Assembly: GCA_028534125.1 (NCBI GenBank)
Contig: CM052818.1
Span: forward strand, 16,308,001-16,372,000
DNA: 64,000 nt
Origin: Lama glama
Taxonomy: Eukaryota
Direction of reading: 5' to 3'
Position 1 is the stretch's first letter. Each line of letters starts with the position of its first letter. The notes beneath the pieces were generated by a model that did not search any database, was not told the origin of the DNA, and was given only the letters and a program-made list of their open reading frames with translations. Below, in pieces: positions 1-13,847 of this stretch. Position numbers and translations under genes: made by a program.

Positions 1-2628
1 ATTGAAAGGTAGTGAGGTGGGGATGGAGACAAGATATGCTTATTAAGTAAAAGCAGAAAAGAATAAGAATAAAAAAAAATTAGCTTCAATTTTTCAGGGA
101 TGCCAGTTAATCTGTTCCAGCTGGTTCACAATATATGAATACAGAATCAATTAAGAGAAATACTTCATCAAAAAAAAAGAATAGTAGCACTCTATTTCTA
201 CATACTTTGTAGACAATTCACATATATTTATTGCCTCTTTTACTGGAGAAAAGTCATTTGCAATATCATAGTACTTTCATAACTTTTAATAATTTCCAGT
301 AGTGACCTGTACAATCTTCACATGGTTCCTAAAACTCTTTTTCTTCTTCATATGTACGCTGCATATTTTAATTTTTTGTAATTGATTTTTCTACTTTAAC
401 TTCTACATTATGTCATTTCAAATTGAAAGGGGTATCATCCACAAAGAAAAAAACAATGACTATTACAATTATCTGAGATATTATCTGAAACAGTGCCCCA
501 AATCTGGTCACAGGTCCCTCTGGTTAAACAGGTGTCACTAAATGAGTAAGCAGTGTCTCCAACCACCCCTAAATTCAAACTTAAAACACAACTTTTACGA
601 CTAGTTGGTCTCAAGTTTGAAGTCGTACAAAAACCCTGGTTCTTAACTTCTTGTGTGAGTAAAGAACAATGCACACAAGGGGCAACTCCTCTCCTGGCTT
701 TGGAAAATTTTTCTACAGAAAGCATCATAGTTGTGTACAGAATTATTAATGCCCAATTAGTCTCCTGGAATCAGAAATTTCTCACAGAGTGTAGGGAATG
801 TATAGAAAAGGAGTAGGGAAAGGACACACCCTTCTGTATACAACCAACTTCCTTCCAAACTCTGGGTCACTATGACAACAAAAATAGAAAGGAAACTCAA
901 TAAAAGACACTGAAGGAATTAAGTATATTAAATTAGGCTCATGAAATCAAAATAGTTCATGTCAAGCTCCTGGAATATTTGTTTTCATTGTTATATTGTA
1001 CTGCATTTTAGAAGTAATGCATGTATTCTGTGGTTTGCCAAAAATAACCTAACAATAAGCAATTTCTTCTGTTTATATATAAAGTATTTTGGTTTTTTTT
1101 TTTCATTTAATGCTCTAGCATTCAACTCAGACAAGAAGTTATAAGCATGGGAAGTGGATGTACCATAACACGTGCTCCCATCAAAATTACTGCTATGTTG
1201 TCACTGTGCTAACAATGGCCCACGGGCATGCTACATGTTGGACTGTCCAGTGCTGCAGTGCAAAGCAGACAGAAGCACGGTGGCCACGTACAACATCTGT
1301 ATTGTATTTGTAGGGAAGCCAATTTCATTGTAAGAAAAGCAATCTATGATGAGGAATCGGATAACATAGATTTTGGAGTGTAGAACAGGTCAGACATATA
1401 ATTTAGAACTGAATTCATAAAAATCTACTAGCTTTTGTAGATCATTTTTATAAGTTGGGTCCAGTACTTGCCCAAAGGTACCAGGTGTGTAGATAGTTTC
1501 AGGTAACAATGGAGCTGAACACATAGAATAGGCTACAAATAATATATACTTATAAACTTATGGGTCCATATATCACTTAACAAGTTCATATAACTAACAT
1601 TTTAAAAAGCAGGATTCTTTTAGAGGTGATTCCAAGAATCTCAGTTGTCTAGAAAATTTTAAATTTTATAATATGTCCCACAAATTGGAAATATATAGTT
1701 ATTTGATATGCACATCATGTTTATTTATCTGTCCAATTAGGATTCCTAGTAATTAAGATCGAAATTTTATTAATTCTAACAGGATGATCATTCAGCAATT
1801 ATATAATAAAATAATTTTTAAGATGAAACTGACTTTAGGGGTAAATTAACCCTGTAATGTCATTTTTGAGATAAAAAAATTAAAGTCTAAAAATGTAAAG
1901 TAATTTTATTGGAAGTCAGGTATTTTTAGGTTAAAATATTATGATCTCAGTTTCTAAGAATCCCTTTATTTAATGTATTACTCCACTCTTTCTCACTCAT
2001 CAAACTAAAAACACACCATAAGTTTAAGTCCACTAGCCTTTCATGAGCCATTGTTTCTTTTTGAATATTTTTTATTCACATAAGAGTCCAACCATTAAGA
2101 CAGTGATTTGGGAACAAGTTACTAATGACATTGAGGCTCTTTAGAATCCATGAGATGAAATTTGTACATATATAGAATCATAAACACAGAATCTTTTTAT
2201 TGACCTGATAAAAGAATAACTTGGATAGAAAACTGTTCTGGAATGTATGCCTCTCTGTAGCACTCTTGTTATCACTCTCCAAAGACCATTAAACCAAACT
2301 GGTATCAACTTGAAATTTGATCCCAGTCCCATAAGGTTGGGCTACATGAAGAGTTAATTCTCTCCATTCTTTCTCCTCTAATGAATTCCCACTTCCGTCT
2401 TTAGAGACAATGATTTATCTGACCATATCTGTTAGATGACTGAGCAAAGGAGAGCTACAAAAATAATTTAAGATTATTGTGCACTATTTAGAAAATGTAT
2501 TTGTGGGTGTTAGGAGAGCTTTTCTGGACAATATTTGTAGTAGAAATGAGTCTTCAGTTAATTCTGTATTCCTATACATGGATACCCCTTATCTGTAATA
2601 AGTGAGAATCTTTTTATTTTACTAGTAG

Positions 2629-2631
<3 letters not shown>

Positions 2632-2686
<55 letters not shown>

Positions 2687-2782
2687 AATAAAAACACATA
2701 TATATACACACACAAATAAAAACAAATATATATGTGTGTGTGCATATATATATATATATAAATAATATATATAAATAAATAA
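2632..2782. repeat. Compound (TA)n/(CA)n/(TG)n microsatellite
   Basis: (TA)n at ~2632-2670 then (CA)n, plus further TA, TG and TAAA runs. It explains the low-complexity YIYI/CVCV ORFs at 2558-3052. Confidence 0.97.
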
Positions 2783-2900
2783 ATGAAGCTTGATCCTTCT
2801 TGGACAAGGGGATATGCATTTTTTTGGACTCCAAACAGGGAGCACTTCCAAGTTTCCTGTTTCATACCACACAGTGTAAAAGATTTGATCAAAAAATGTA

Positions 2901-2938
2901 ACACACACACACACACACAAGGAAACACACATACACAC
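2901..2938. repeat. (AC)n microsatellite
   Basis: acacacacacacacacac followed by degenerate AC repeats. Confidence 0.9.
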
Positions 2939-4334
2939 AAGAACACGTCCACACACTATTCCATATATGTACACACTATTCAAGATCAGAAGAGAGGGGG
3001 AAATCAAGGTTACCCAAATACCCAGAGTGGCTGCCTTCCTGAAGTATGGCATGTAAAATTAAGTTCTACTAGCTTTGGTTGTGATAAGATAGAGGCAATG
3101 CTGATAAATTTAAAGAAGAAACCAATACAGTAATTGCATTAACCATCATGGGTTCACAAAATCATATTTTTTTCCCTCAAAATTCTCAAACCCTTTCCTG
3201 CTTTCACTCTCCCCCATCTTTCTGGACCAATGTCCTTGCAGTTAAAGAGCCATACTATGTAACTATGAGGTATAATGTGAGGAAATTGTTCTGCCTATCT
3301 AAAGAGAGCCACCAGGGTTGATACTACTTTGCGTTAAACACATGCTTTGGCCTTGTCTTTAGTTTTTCAGGCACATACATTTAATTATCTCAGTGTGTCC
3401 AAACATTCCCAGACTTACTCTAACCATTTATGTAAATTAGTAATGTAGGAATGAATTACAAATATTTATTCATTATGAGAATTAATTATTGCTTGTGGGG
3501 CTGGTTATCACTGTCTAGAATATAGAAATTCTATGCAAAGATTTAAGGCAATATGAATTTTGCATGATATGCTCTAGAATCTAAACCAGAGGAATGATAG
3601 TAATCACTATATGATAGCTGAAAGCAGCCATCTTTATGATAGGTATAAACCTCCTAAATGGACCAGTCAGTTGGATAAGCTGATTTAGGTAGGTACACTT
3701 CTCATATGGAAGGTGCTAAAAATTTATTGCATTTCGTTTTTGTTCTCTTTCAACTGATTACAGTCATACTGATTAGACTTAAGTTTTCTTAGTCTCAATC
3801 ACAATCTAACCATTTCTCCTTGATATTCATCCCAGTTTATGTTGATTTCACTTCATAACTTTCTCAGGCTTTTCAATCTCACATTTATAAAGCATCTCTT
3901 ATGTCTGTTATGATGATAAATGATTAATTCCTTCTTAATTGATTTTTTAGTGGGTAACCTCAAAGTTTAGTTTTAACCTTTACTGCATTGAGAATATCTA
4001 TTTAGTTTTTACTTTAATTAGGTAAAGTTTGACCTGTAGGTATTTACAGGAGAACATGATTTTACTTTTCCCCAGTCCAAGATCCTATGTCAATGGAGAT
4101 CTTCCAGCAGCAAAACAGAGTCACTATGATATAAGACATCCGAATTTTCTCTACTATGCCAAGCTAAAGGGATAGGAGTATACCTGTTCTCTCAATAATC
4201 ACTTTTGTGCTATTATTCGTAAGTAGTTCTAAGTATCTGATCACATTTACCTTTTGGCTGATACTACCTTTAAAAAACAAATTCTGTACAGTCTACTGAG
4301 ATGTTCTTCCTTCTTCTCTTGCTTTTGTTCTGTA

Positions 4335-4560
4335 ATTCAGCTAGTAGGTATTGAGGGATTACTATGAGCTAGATTTTGTATTAGGTGCAACATATTGAAA
4401 CAGGATAAGAAACAATGCTAGTTTACTGATTTCACAGTCTACTGAATGGGACTGACAAACACATAAGTGATTAAAATACAGTGTGATATGTTCTATCATA
4501 ATAATAATAGTAAAGTCCTAAAAGGGACATAGGAAAAACTCCTAATCTTGAATAAGGTGC
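4335..4560 (-). mobile_element. LINE-2 3' fragment, apparently interrupted by the adjacent LTR
   Basis: Resembles the reverse complement of the L2 3' end (tattgag...tactatg...taggtgc...cacagtcta...aatacagtgtgata). Confidence 0.6.
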
Positions 4561-4563
4561 AAT

Positions 4564-5157
4564 TGTAATTTCTGGGATCCCCTCAAACCACCTTTATGTT
4601 CAGAATTTCTCTGGAAGGACTCGCAGAACTTAGCAAAGCCTTTAAGCTCATGGTTGAATGTCAATACATTAAAAAAAAATACACTTGAAAATGAGTAACA
4701 GTTAAAGGTACATAGGGTAGAGTCTAAGAGAGTTCAGGTAGAAGTTTCCTGTTGTTCTCTCCTAGAAGAGGAGGATGGACACCGATTACTTCTTCTAGCA
4801 ACAATGTGTGTCAACATACCCAACACACCTGGAGTATTATGAACCAGGAAAACTCACCCAAGCTTTATCTCCAGTTTTTATGGGTCAGGGAGAGGTTGTT
4901 AAGTAGGCCTTGTTAACAGCTTATATGGCTGAATTTCAGTTTTCAACTCCCTCCAGAGCTCACGATGCTACTGAATGGCTTAAGGTGGTCTCCACCATAA
5001 ATCATATTGTTAGCATAGATTACCTGGTAGGGCTCAAGACTATCAGGTAAATATAGGTAGTTAATCTGGCAGGACACTCAAAGGGCTTAGAAGTTACCTC
5101 TTAGAGCTGGACAAGGACCAAACTTTTCTTTGGCCACAGTCAATTCTTTATTGCACA
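4564..5157 (-). mobile_element. Solo ERVL-class LTR, MER77/MER68-like
   Basis: TG...CA termini and a 5-bp TSD GCAAT/GCAGT. The minus strand begins tgtgcaataaagaattgac...gaggtaacttctaagccc...ctatgctaacaatatgatttatggtgg, matching the recalled MER77/MER68 5' end. Confidence 0.8.
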
Positions 5158-5839
5158 GCAGTGATCAAGTATTCAGAGAAAACAGATCCTTCCCAATCTC
5201 ATACATGTGGCTTTGTTTATGCTATTCCTTCTACCTGGAATCTCTAAAAACTCTAACTATACTTTAACTCAAAAGTAAAAACATTTATCTCTCTATCCAA
5301 AATGTGTTTCTGTTTGTTTATTTGCTTGTTTCTGAACAGGTGGTATCTGTTAAAGTTCTCCATCTCTTTAAATGTTTAAATGTTCACTGAAACCAAATGT
5401 TTACATTTACTTTTTAACAAGTATTGCTAGTGGGAAATTTAATTTTAAATTTTCTTAAAACCAAGCTGAAAAATACTGTTTTTTACCAGAAGGTATGGCT
5501 GAACAAAATTATATTTGAAATATCACAGAAGCATAGTTAAACACTTAAAACTACAAAATCAGCAATGATAGACTGGAAAAGATGATGTTCTAGGCTTTTA
5601 ATGCTCTTGCAAATACGCATAGAGAAAGCAAAATCTTGACGTCTCCATTCCCAATCACAACTGCTAATTTGGGCTCTGGTCTATTCCATGTAGATAAAGA
5701 CTTCTTTGTTATCTTCGGATAATTAACCAAAAGTACATGGGGTGTCACATCAAAAGAAGTTATAAGAAGCCACATTTTAAGAATAAATATCAATTATATT
5801 TCAATAAAACTTGAAATTTTCTTTAAAAAATAGCCTGTA

Positions 5840-7180
5840 GCCTAACTTTGATACCCAAAACACAGAAGATCACTACAAGAAAAGAAAATTACAGGCCAAT
5901 ATCCCTGATACTCACAGATGTAAAAATCCTCAAGAAAATACCAGCAATCTGAATTAAGAATACATTAAAAAGATCAGAGAGGATTTATTCCAAGGATGCA
6001 GGGATAGTTCAACATCCACAAATTAGTGTGATACCCCACATTAACAACATGAAAAAGAAAAAAGAAAACAAGCAAAACATTACCTGACATAAATCTCAGC
6101 TATGTTCTCCTAGGGCAATCTACCCAGGCAATAGAAATAAAAATAAATATAAACAAATGGGACCTAATTAAACTTACAAGTTTTTGCACAGCAAAGGTAA
6201 CCACAAGCAAAACGAATGACAACTTATGGAATGGGAGAAAATATTTGCAAAAGATGAGACTGACAAAGGCTTAATTTCCAGAATATATAAATAGCTCATA
6301 CAACTTAATAACAAAAAAAAAACCCCAATACAAAAATGGGCAGAACACCTAAACAAGCGATTCTCCAACGAAGACGTACAAATGGACAATAGGCACATGA
6401 GAAAAAATGCTCAGTATCACTAATTATCAGAGAAATGCAAATCAAAACTACAATGAGGTATCACCTCATACCAGTCAGAATGGCCATCATTCAAAAGTCT
6501 ACAAATGATAAATGCTGGAAAGGCTGTGGAGAAAAGGGAACCCTCCTATACTGTTGGTGGGAAGGTAGTTAGATGAAGCCATTATGGAAAACAGTATGGA
6601 GAGTAGTGAAAAAACTAAAAATAGACTTGCCATATGATCCAGCAATCCCACTCCTGGCACATATCCAGAGGGAACTTTAATTCAAAAAGACACAGGCACC
6701 CCAATGTTCATAGCAGCACTATTTACAATAGTCAAGACATGGAAACAACTTAAATGTCCATTGACAGATGCCTGGATAAAGAATGATACTCAGCCATAAA
6801 AAGAATAAAATAACACCATTTGCAGCAACATGGATGGACCTGGAGATTGTCATTCTAAGTGAAGTAAGCCAGAAAGAGAAAGAAAAATACCATATGATAA
6901 TTACTTACATGTGGAATCAAAAAAAAAGACAAACTTATTTACAAAACAGAAACAGACTCACAGATGTAGAAAACAAACTTATGGTTACCAGGGAGGAGAG
7001 GGGTGGGAAAGGATAAATTGGGAGTTCGAGACTTGCAGATACTAACTATATAAAGTAGATAAACAACAAGTTTCTACTGTATAGCACAGGGAACTATATT
7101 CAGTATCTTGTAGTAACATGGTTAAAAAGAGTATGAAAACAAATATATGTATGTTCCTATATGACTGAAGTATTGTGCTG
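5840..7180 (+). mobile_element. LINE-1 remnant: ORF2 RT N-terminal piece joined to ORF2 C-terminus and 3' UTR, no poly(A) tail
   Basis: KENYRPISL-like coding at ~5880. Downstream are [21 protein letters not shown] and PFAATWMDLE motifs. The 3' UTR is the same family as 21770-22090. Confidence 0.95.
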
Positions 7181-9224
7181 TACATTACTAAATTTTTCTG
7201 GGTAGACAAGCATGTTTTAAATAATGGATATTGAAGAGTGAAGTTTTGCAATTAGGTAGAAACCAAATATGTCATGAGAGTTCCAAACAAAATCTCTGTT
7301 CTGAAACACGAATATGTTATGTTGAACAAATAAACACAGCAGTGTGTTTCTTTTCTTTGAAATAGATGTGGATGTCTGCTCTACATGCGGATGTAAAATA
7401 ATAATATTATTGAGTGTCTAGGAGTTGACTTTTTTAAACTTTAACTTGAAATTCTGAACTAATCTAAACATACAATTTAGTGCCACTTTTCATCATATGG
7501 CTTCTTAACTACTCTAATACTTGAGAATCTAATTCCCGACATTAGAGATTATATTCTACATTTTAATAGAATTTCAGTGGGATAAGAACATGAGAGTATA
7601 ATTAAAGCTCTAATATATAATGTCCATGAGTCCTTCCTTAATGTTACCAAAGTATGATCATAGCACCTATAAATTAATCTCTAAGTTATAAACATTGGTA
7701 TTGTGCCTAATTAAGAGTTATAAGAATAGGTGTCCAAAAATGGCCTTGGAGTTTTATCTGGCTTGTGATTTGTGAGTCTTACAGCTAGATAAATGCTACA
7801 GAACCATTTATTTCTTACAGCAACTGCAAACAGGCTCTTAAGTATCAAAGGCAGATTTTTTTCACATCAATTCTGAAATTTCTTTTATATAAAAATTTTA
7901 ACCTTCAATTAATGTTTGATGTATTTATTTTACTCTAAGTGTCTATATCTACATATTTCTCCTAACCCTGTATTCCCAGATCACTTCCATTTTGTTGTTT
8001 ATACTTCTATAGAAAAGATTCCTTTCCCTATAATGCATAATTTAATGCATAATTTAAGAGCTGTTACTTCTTAGTGATTTTTCAGTTACCATGGTTAAAT
8101 TTCTCAGTTAAATTGATACTCATTTTTTTGTTTTCCTCCTTCAGAACAGGCCACTTAGAATTAAATGCTGCATAAATCCCTGAACTTGAGGGATCTTTTG
8201 CAGGATCTAAATCATAGAAATACGGTACTGTGTCCAATTAATCAGTACACCATGCCTGTGTCTCTATGGAGATGTATTGAGCTGGGTGTCCACTCAGCCA
8301 CAGACAGCTAAGTATCATTTGACTTCAGCACTGCTAATGTGTCTTTATCTAAGCTCGTGTACTGTTCATGGATGGGATCTTTTCATCATCATTTAATTCA
8401 GTTTTCATCACTCTCCTTTTTCAAATTCCCTTCAGTGCTTGACTTAAGTTTTTCTCATAGAGGTAACTGTAATGAGGTGGTTTCAAATCTGTGTATGTTC
8501 AGATGACTTTTACCCACAGGTTATTTAACATATTAAATTGAAGTTTGTCTTTGCCTAAATGGCTGTATGAATCTAAACTCTCCCAACCTTATAATGTAAC
8601 TCCTATCCATTACTCAAGGCCAAGCTCCAATACCTTCTCATTCTCTTAAAACATAATTCAAAGCCCCTTCACTTTATTCTGAAATTCCAAATACTCTGTA
8701 TTTTCCTTGCATTGGAAATTATTTTTTCCTATACATGTACTTTTTAATTACAGTGCAATCTATAACACAAATAGGTAATAATCTCTGTAATTATTTTGAT
8801 AACTTTAACATAATTGCTGAAAGAATTTCAGCTTTCACCTGTATGAAGCCTTTCTCCTCTAACACATCCCCACCACTTAACTGTAAATTTTTCAAAGAAA
8901 CATCCCTTTTCAGAAGATGCAAAGCAGTGACTTCTTGTTAGTAAAATCAGTACATTTTATATTTCTGACTGTCAAACATTAACTGAAAACAGTGAGATGT
9001 TTGGCATATTAAGTGGTTATCTTATTCTAAATTCTACAGGTAGAAGATGAACTAAAATAGGTTAAGAACTTTTTTTCAAAGGATCAGGGGAGCAAAAACT
9101 TCTGTCAGCAAATGTGAACTTCATTCAGTGAAGGTTACAAACCCAAATGTGTGTGAGGTACACAAAAGTTGAACTAAAATGTGCCCTAAATTACTGAGTG
9201 TTTCTGTCCCCTTCATCATTTCAA

Positions 9225-9620
9225 CCCAATTCAATCAATATTGAATAAGTGTCTACCATGTTAAACTGCTCTAGGAATTCTAAAGATAAAAAATTCAACA
9301 GTATATGATTCCAACTTTCAGCCCTCTTCTACTGATAAGTTTGTGAGATAGGACAAGCATTTAGATAAGTATGAATCAAAAATATATTCCAGAATATGCT
9401 CTAGTAAGATTACAATTAAATTGCTAAATAGCCCTTATATCCCAAGTGCTTTTGTTTTTTGAGGGTTGTTTTTTGTTTTTTGGTTTTTTTGGTATCCTAC
9501 AAGAAAGATTTTAATTCCAATTAGACAAAGGTTTTGGGAAAAAGTATTATTTATACTGAGCTTCAGAGAAGGAGTAAAATATTGGCAGACAGCAACAGGG
9601 TAAAGGTCTTCTGAGTCATA
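9225..9620 (-). mobile_element. LINE-2 3' fragment
   Basis: ttcaatcaatattgaataagtgtctaccatg...ctaggaattctaaagataaaa resembles the reverse complement of the L2 tail. Confidence 0.55.
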
Positions 9621-12454
9621 TGGAAACTCTTCAGCAAAGATGTTGCCACTCTATTTCTAGAAAACCAAGTGGGAAACCACTTCCATCTTCAAGGGTCACT
9701 GCTGTCAAATAGTTCTAAAAGCTTTCTAGCCTTTGTCAAATATATCACTCATTACTAATACCAGTGACACAGAAACTGACTACTGCTCTACAGGATTAAC
9801 AAGACCATGGTCTGCAGAGTCTTTTTGGGAGGCTAAAAGAAGAAATCAAAAGTAAAATATCACAACTCAATCTTCTCTCTAATCTCACCTGTTCTCTGTA
9901 TCTGATGAATGACTTCTAAAGCTCAGGAGTATTTTATCTGAAATTCTATATTAAGAACTAGGAGATTAAACTGAAAATATCAAATTCTCTGAAGAGTAAG
10001 AATACACATTCCTTATTGTGAAATAATATAGTTAAGGAAGGACGTTTAAATACCAACACTGAAAAATTTTTAATTGTAGATATTCCTAAAGCATGTACAA
10101 GTAGACTGTTATCACATTAATAGTCAATATTATGCTGCAAAAGGGCAGAATATTTTTGACTAAATGTTATAGTTAGGATAGTTCTTTGCTATTAATGCTA
10201 TTATGAATACACAATTTTGTGCTGGAAAAGGCTTCAGAACTGATTTAGTCCCTTCATCTCATTTCACAGTGGCTGAACAACTTTTACAATATTAGAGAGA
10301 ATCATTTTGTCAATGAAGGAGTGGGTACTAGAACTCATGGATTTTATCCTCTACATTGGTATCCTTTCTAATGGCCTCCAAGAAACTTTATATTTCATCA
10401 CTTTCCATCTCCAAAAGCACTGTAAGAAGAGTTTCTAAAGTATCAACAAAGTTTTCACTAACAGTAATTCTTGGTTTTGATCCATGAGTAAGTAGACATT
10501 TATTTCTTCTCTCATCTTTTCTGTGGCAAAATCTAACAGAGATATTGGCCAAACACTGTCCACTCCTGGAGTCCCAGAAAACAATTCTGTCTTCTCCAAA
10601 ATCAACAAAAATTACTAGAAAAACATCTTGTGCCCAGGGATCTCTCAGAAGATAGTATTTGTTAAAAAATAATTGGCAAATTTGGCTTCATATGCAAATG
10701 TTTGGTTAGTCATTTATTGTTACATAATTTTTAAGTACTCCTTAAAATTGTAGGAATTCATCTATTTAATTGAAAGAGTAAAGAGAAAGCTCATATATAT
10801 TGCTTAATAAGTGCCTAGTACTATGAGTACTTTGACATGTATTAGCTGTAGTATTAGAAAACTCATGTTTACTTATAACTAAACCTGTGCAAAAACTGAC
10901 AAAATCTTTCTCACTCCAAATAAGAGTACAGAGGATTTGGCTTAAGGGCAAGATAGACTCCTATTTATTTTAGGTACATCTCTAGCACTTTGAAAAATAT
11001 GCATTGTCAAAGGGAGCTAAAACCAAAGTTAGTGACAGAGGCCAGATGAAAAGAAAAAAAGTGGCAGAAAAGCAGACTATGGAAGGCTAGTAGCATAGTG
11101 TTCAAACATATACAGACCTTATCTTTCTGTGACTCTATTTGTTCATATATGGAGTCTATGAACAAACAAAATGTGGATAGTCAGGAAGGGACAGGGTGGA
11201 GTTTGCAGAGGCCTGGAAGCAAAGACTAGAGTGCTGAGCTCATTTTCAGTATTTCGGTCATTTCAGGACCTGGAAATTGAGTAAAGTAGGACAAACGTCT
11301 TAAAGAAAAAACGAAAGAAAGAAACAAACAACCTGCTGAGGTCCTAAGTTAGCTACCAATGGTGGAGAAAGTTAAAGACAGAGTTACTGTATATGAAAAG
11401 ACTGGCGTTTAGAAAGAGACCTAACTTGTCTGGGTCATGAAGTTAAAGTAGGAATAGCAGAAACAATGATTGCTGCTGAATTAGTCATACTACAAGATAG
11501 ATTTCAAAAATCTCCTGAGGGCAAATTTCATCCCTAGACCTCAGGCATACAAAGATATAGATCTTAGTTATGAACCTACAGATGGGAAATAAGTGACTCT
11601 AGCATTGTGGATCTTGGGTACCACCAACACAGAACACAAGGACACAATGTGCATGTTTTTGTTAAATTTCCTGTAAGGAACAGAGTGATTTTTAGTTCTG
11701 AAAATTTCAAATTTTAGTTCTAGAAGTCTACTGATCATTGTTGTTCCACAGGAGTGAAATATCAAAATGTAGTGACATCCTGGCATTGGAATCTGAAAGA
11801 CAGCCAGGTAGCCATTAAAAATGTTTTTTAGTTTATATATGGAAGCCCTAAAAGAATCATATCTTTTATATAACAACACATAGTATTGACTAAAACATCT
11901 AACTATGATTCAAAAGAAAGTACACAAATTTAGAGTATTTAAATAATATTTTAATAGCATTAACAGTATTATTTCAGTAGTTATAAAAAATCTACAATTA
12001 AAAGAAATAATTTAAATGGACATTATATAACCTTTATATAGCTTTTAATCTGTTTGATTAGTTAACTTTTTCCCACCTTTTAAAATTCAAATACTAATAG
12101 TAAAAATAAAAACAGTAACATATAAATGCAAATAATAAAAACAAGCAAATGTTATACTTCATCATTTGTGAAAGTAATTACCACCTTCCAAATAAAAAAT
12201 GTAAATTAGACCTATCCATTTTTATACTTCAATAAGATTATTTCATGCTAGAATAAAAGGTACATTTTCAAATAGAATCAATTTAAAGTCATATAAAGAA
12301 AAATCTGAAATCATTTAGATATTTAAATAATTCTGAATCACTTAAATAGGATTCCAAGAAGTAACAATCCATATTTCACTTTGATAGAATGTTTGGGTAA
12401 ATGGGAGAGTTTGCTTAACATAACAAAGCAACAATAACAACAACTAAAACAGCA

Positions 12455-12650
12455 TTCATCATTTATTAAACATTCTCTATCTGATAGGCCATGTTCTAAT
12501 ACACATCTATGGAATAAGTTCTATAATTATTCTCATTTTAAAGAGGGAAAATCAGGGCATGTTTCTCTTGAGTAAAATCTCCTGTGTCACAAAACTGGTA
12601 ATATTAGAGCCAAGATTTGTCCCTCAATGGTCTGGATCTAGAGACCAAAT
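12455..12650 (-). mobile_element. MIR SINE
   Basis: catttattaaacattctctat...attattctcattttaaagagggaaaatcagggca...gtcacaaaactggtaa resembles the antisense MIR core. Confidence 0.55.
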
Positions 12651-13347
12651 TCAATCACTTAATAAAGTCCAGTCTTTCAAAATGCTGTTCTATGGGTGTA
12701 ATGCACACAAACATCTACATGTTTGACCCTAACTTTTCTGAACACTCTGATATTATGAGAATCATAATGTCAAATAGTCTTATGAAAGTCCTAATTTTAT
12801 TCTGGAAGTAATTCACTAATGAATTGGGTCATCTGTAATAACATAAAGTCCTTATATTCCTTTGTCATTTTTTATTCCTCTATCTTAATATTTTTCCATG
12901 GTATAGACTCAATTATATTTCAACCTGAACTAAGTTGAGTATTGCTTAACCATTCTTTGGGATCCAATAAGTCAAAATTCAACAAGAAATTAAGTATACA
13001 CAGTGTGCTAAATGAATGTTTGTGTTAACCGTATAGCAAAATGAAGACTTAGACTAATATACTGACTTTGTGTAGCAAAGTTAACATGCAGAACACAATT
13101 CAAAGAAAACAGTAGTATGCTATTACAACTTGAGTCAAAAGTAAAAAATAGGAACTACTTTGAGTTTAAGAGAGGCTATTCAACAAGCTTTTGAAAGAAA
13201 CCTATGCATGCAATTTGCTATCTTCAATTCAAATCTAGAATAATGTAAAGAGAAGGCTTTATAAACAATGTCTAAAATTGAAATCCCATGTATTATATTT
13301 AAAATGATACCTGCTGTATGTTATCCAAAATTATTGTATTTAGTTTT

Positions 13348-13847
13348 TAATTTTTTAAATATATTTTTATTGAAGTACAGTCAGTTTACAATGTTGTGTC
13401 AATTTCTAGTGTACAGCTCAATATTTTAGTCACATAGGAGCATATATACATTCATTCTCATATTCTTCTTCACTATAGGTTACTACAAGATATTGAATAT
13501 GGTTCTCTGTGCTATACAGTATAAACTTATTATTTATCTATTTTATATATACTAGTTAGAATCTCTAAATCTCAAACTCCCAATGTATCCCTCCTTCCCC
13601 TCCCCTCTCCACCCCCCATAACCCTAAGTTTGTTTTCTTTGTCTTTGAGTCTATTTCTGTTTTGTAAGTAAGTTCCTTTGTCTTTTTTTTTTTTTTTTAG
13701 ATTCCACATGTAAGTGATATCATGTGATATTTTTGTTTCTCTTTTTGGCTTACTTCACTTAGAACGACATTCTCCAGGTTCATCCATGTTGCTGCAAATG
13801 GCATTATTTTGTTATTTTTTATAGCTGAGTAGTATTCCATTGTATAA
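13348..13847 (-). mobile_element. 5'-truncated young LINE-1 (3' end) with target-site duplication
   Basis: Reverse complement of the L1 3' UTR and ORF2 end (PFAATWMNLE) with a degenerate poly(A). The 13-bp TSD is TGTATTTAGTTTT (13335-13347) / TGTATTCAGTTTT (13848-13860), next to a TTTT/AA endonuclease-type site. Confidence 0.95.

Noticed and set aside
435..728. Cys-rich minus-strand ORF with CTTSNLRPTSRKSC, superficially like an ADAMTS thrombospondin repeat
   Set aside because: It lacks the WxxCSxxCG start of a TSP1 repeat, shows no convincing splice sites around the motif and has no companion exons.
2558..3133. Long ORFs of up to 164 aa
   Set aside because: They are produced by (TA)n/(CA)n microsatellites that lack stop codons.
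11138..11166. 10-bp inverted repeat TTTGTTCATA/TATGAACAAA
   Set aside because: Too short for a pre-miRNA, has no TSD, and is plausible by chance in AT-rich DNA.
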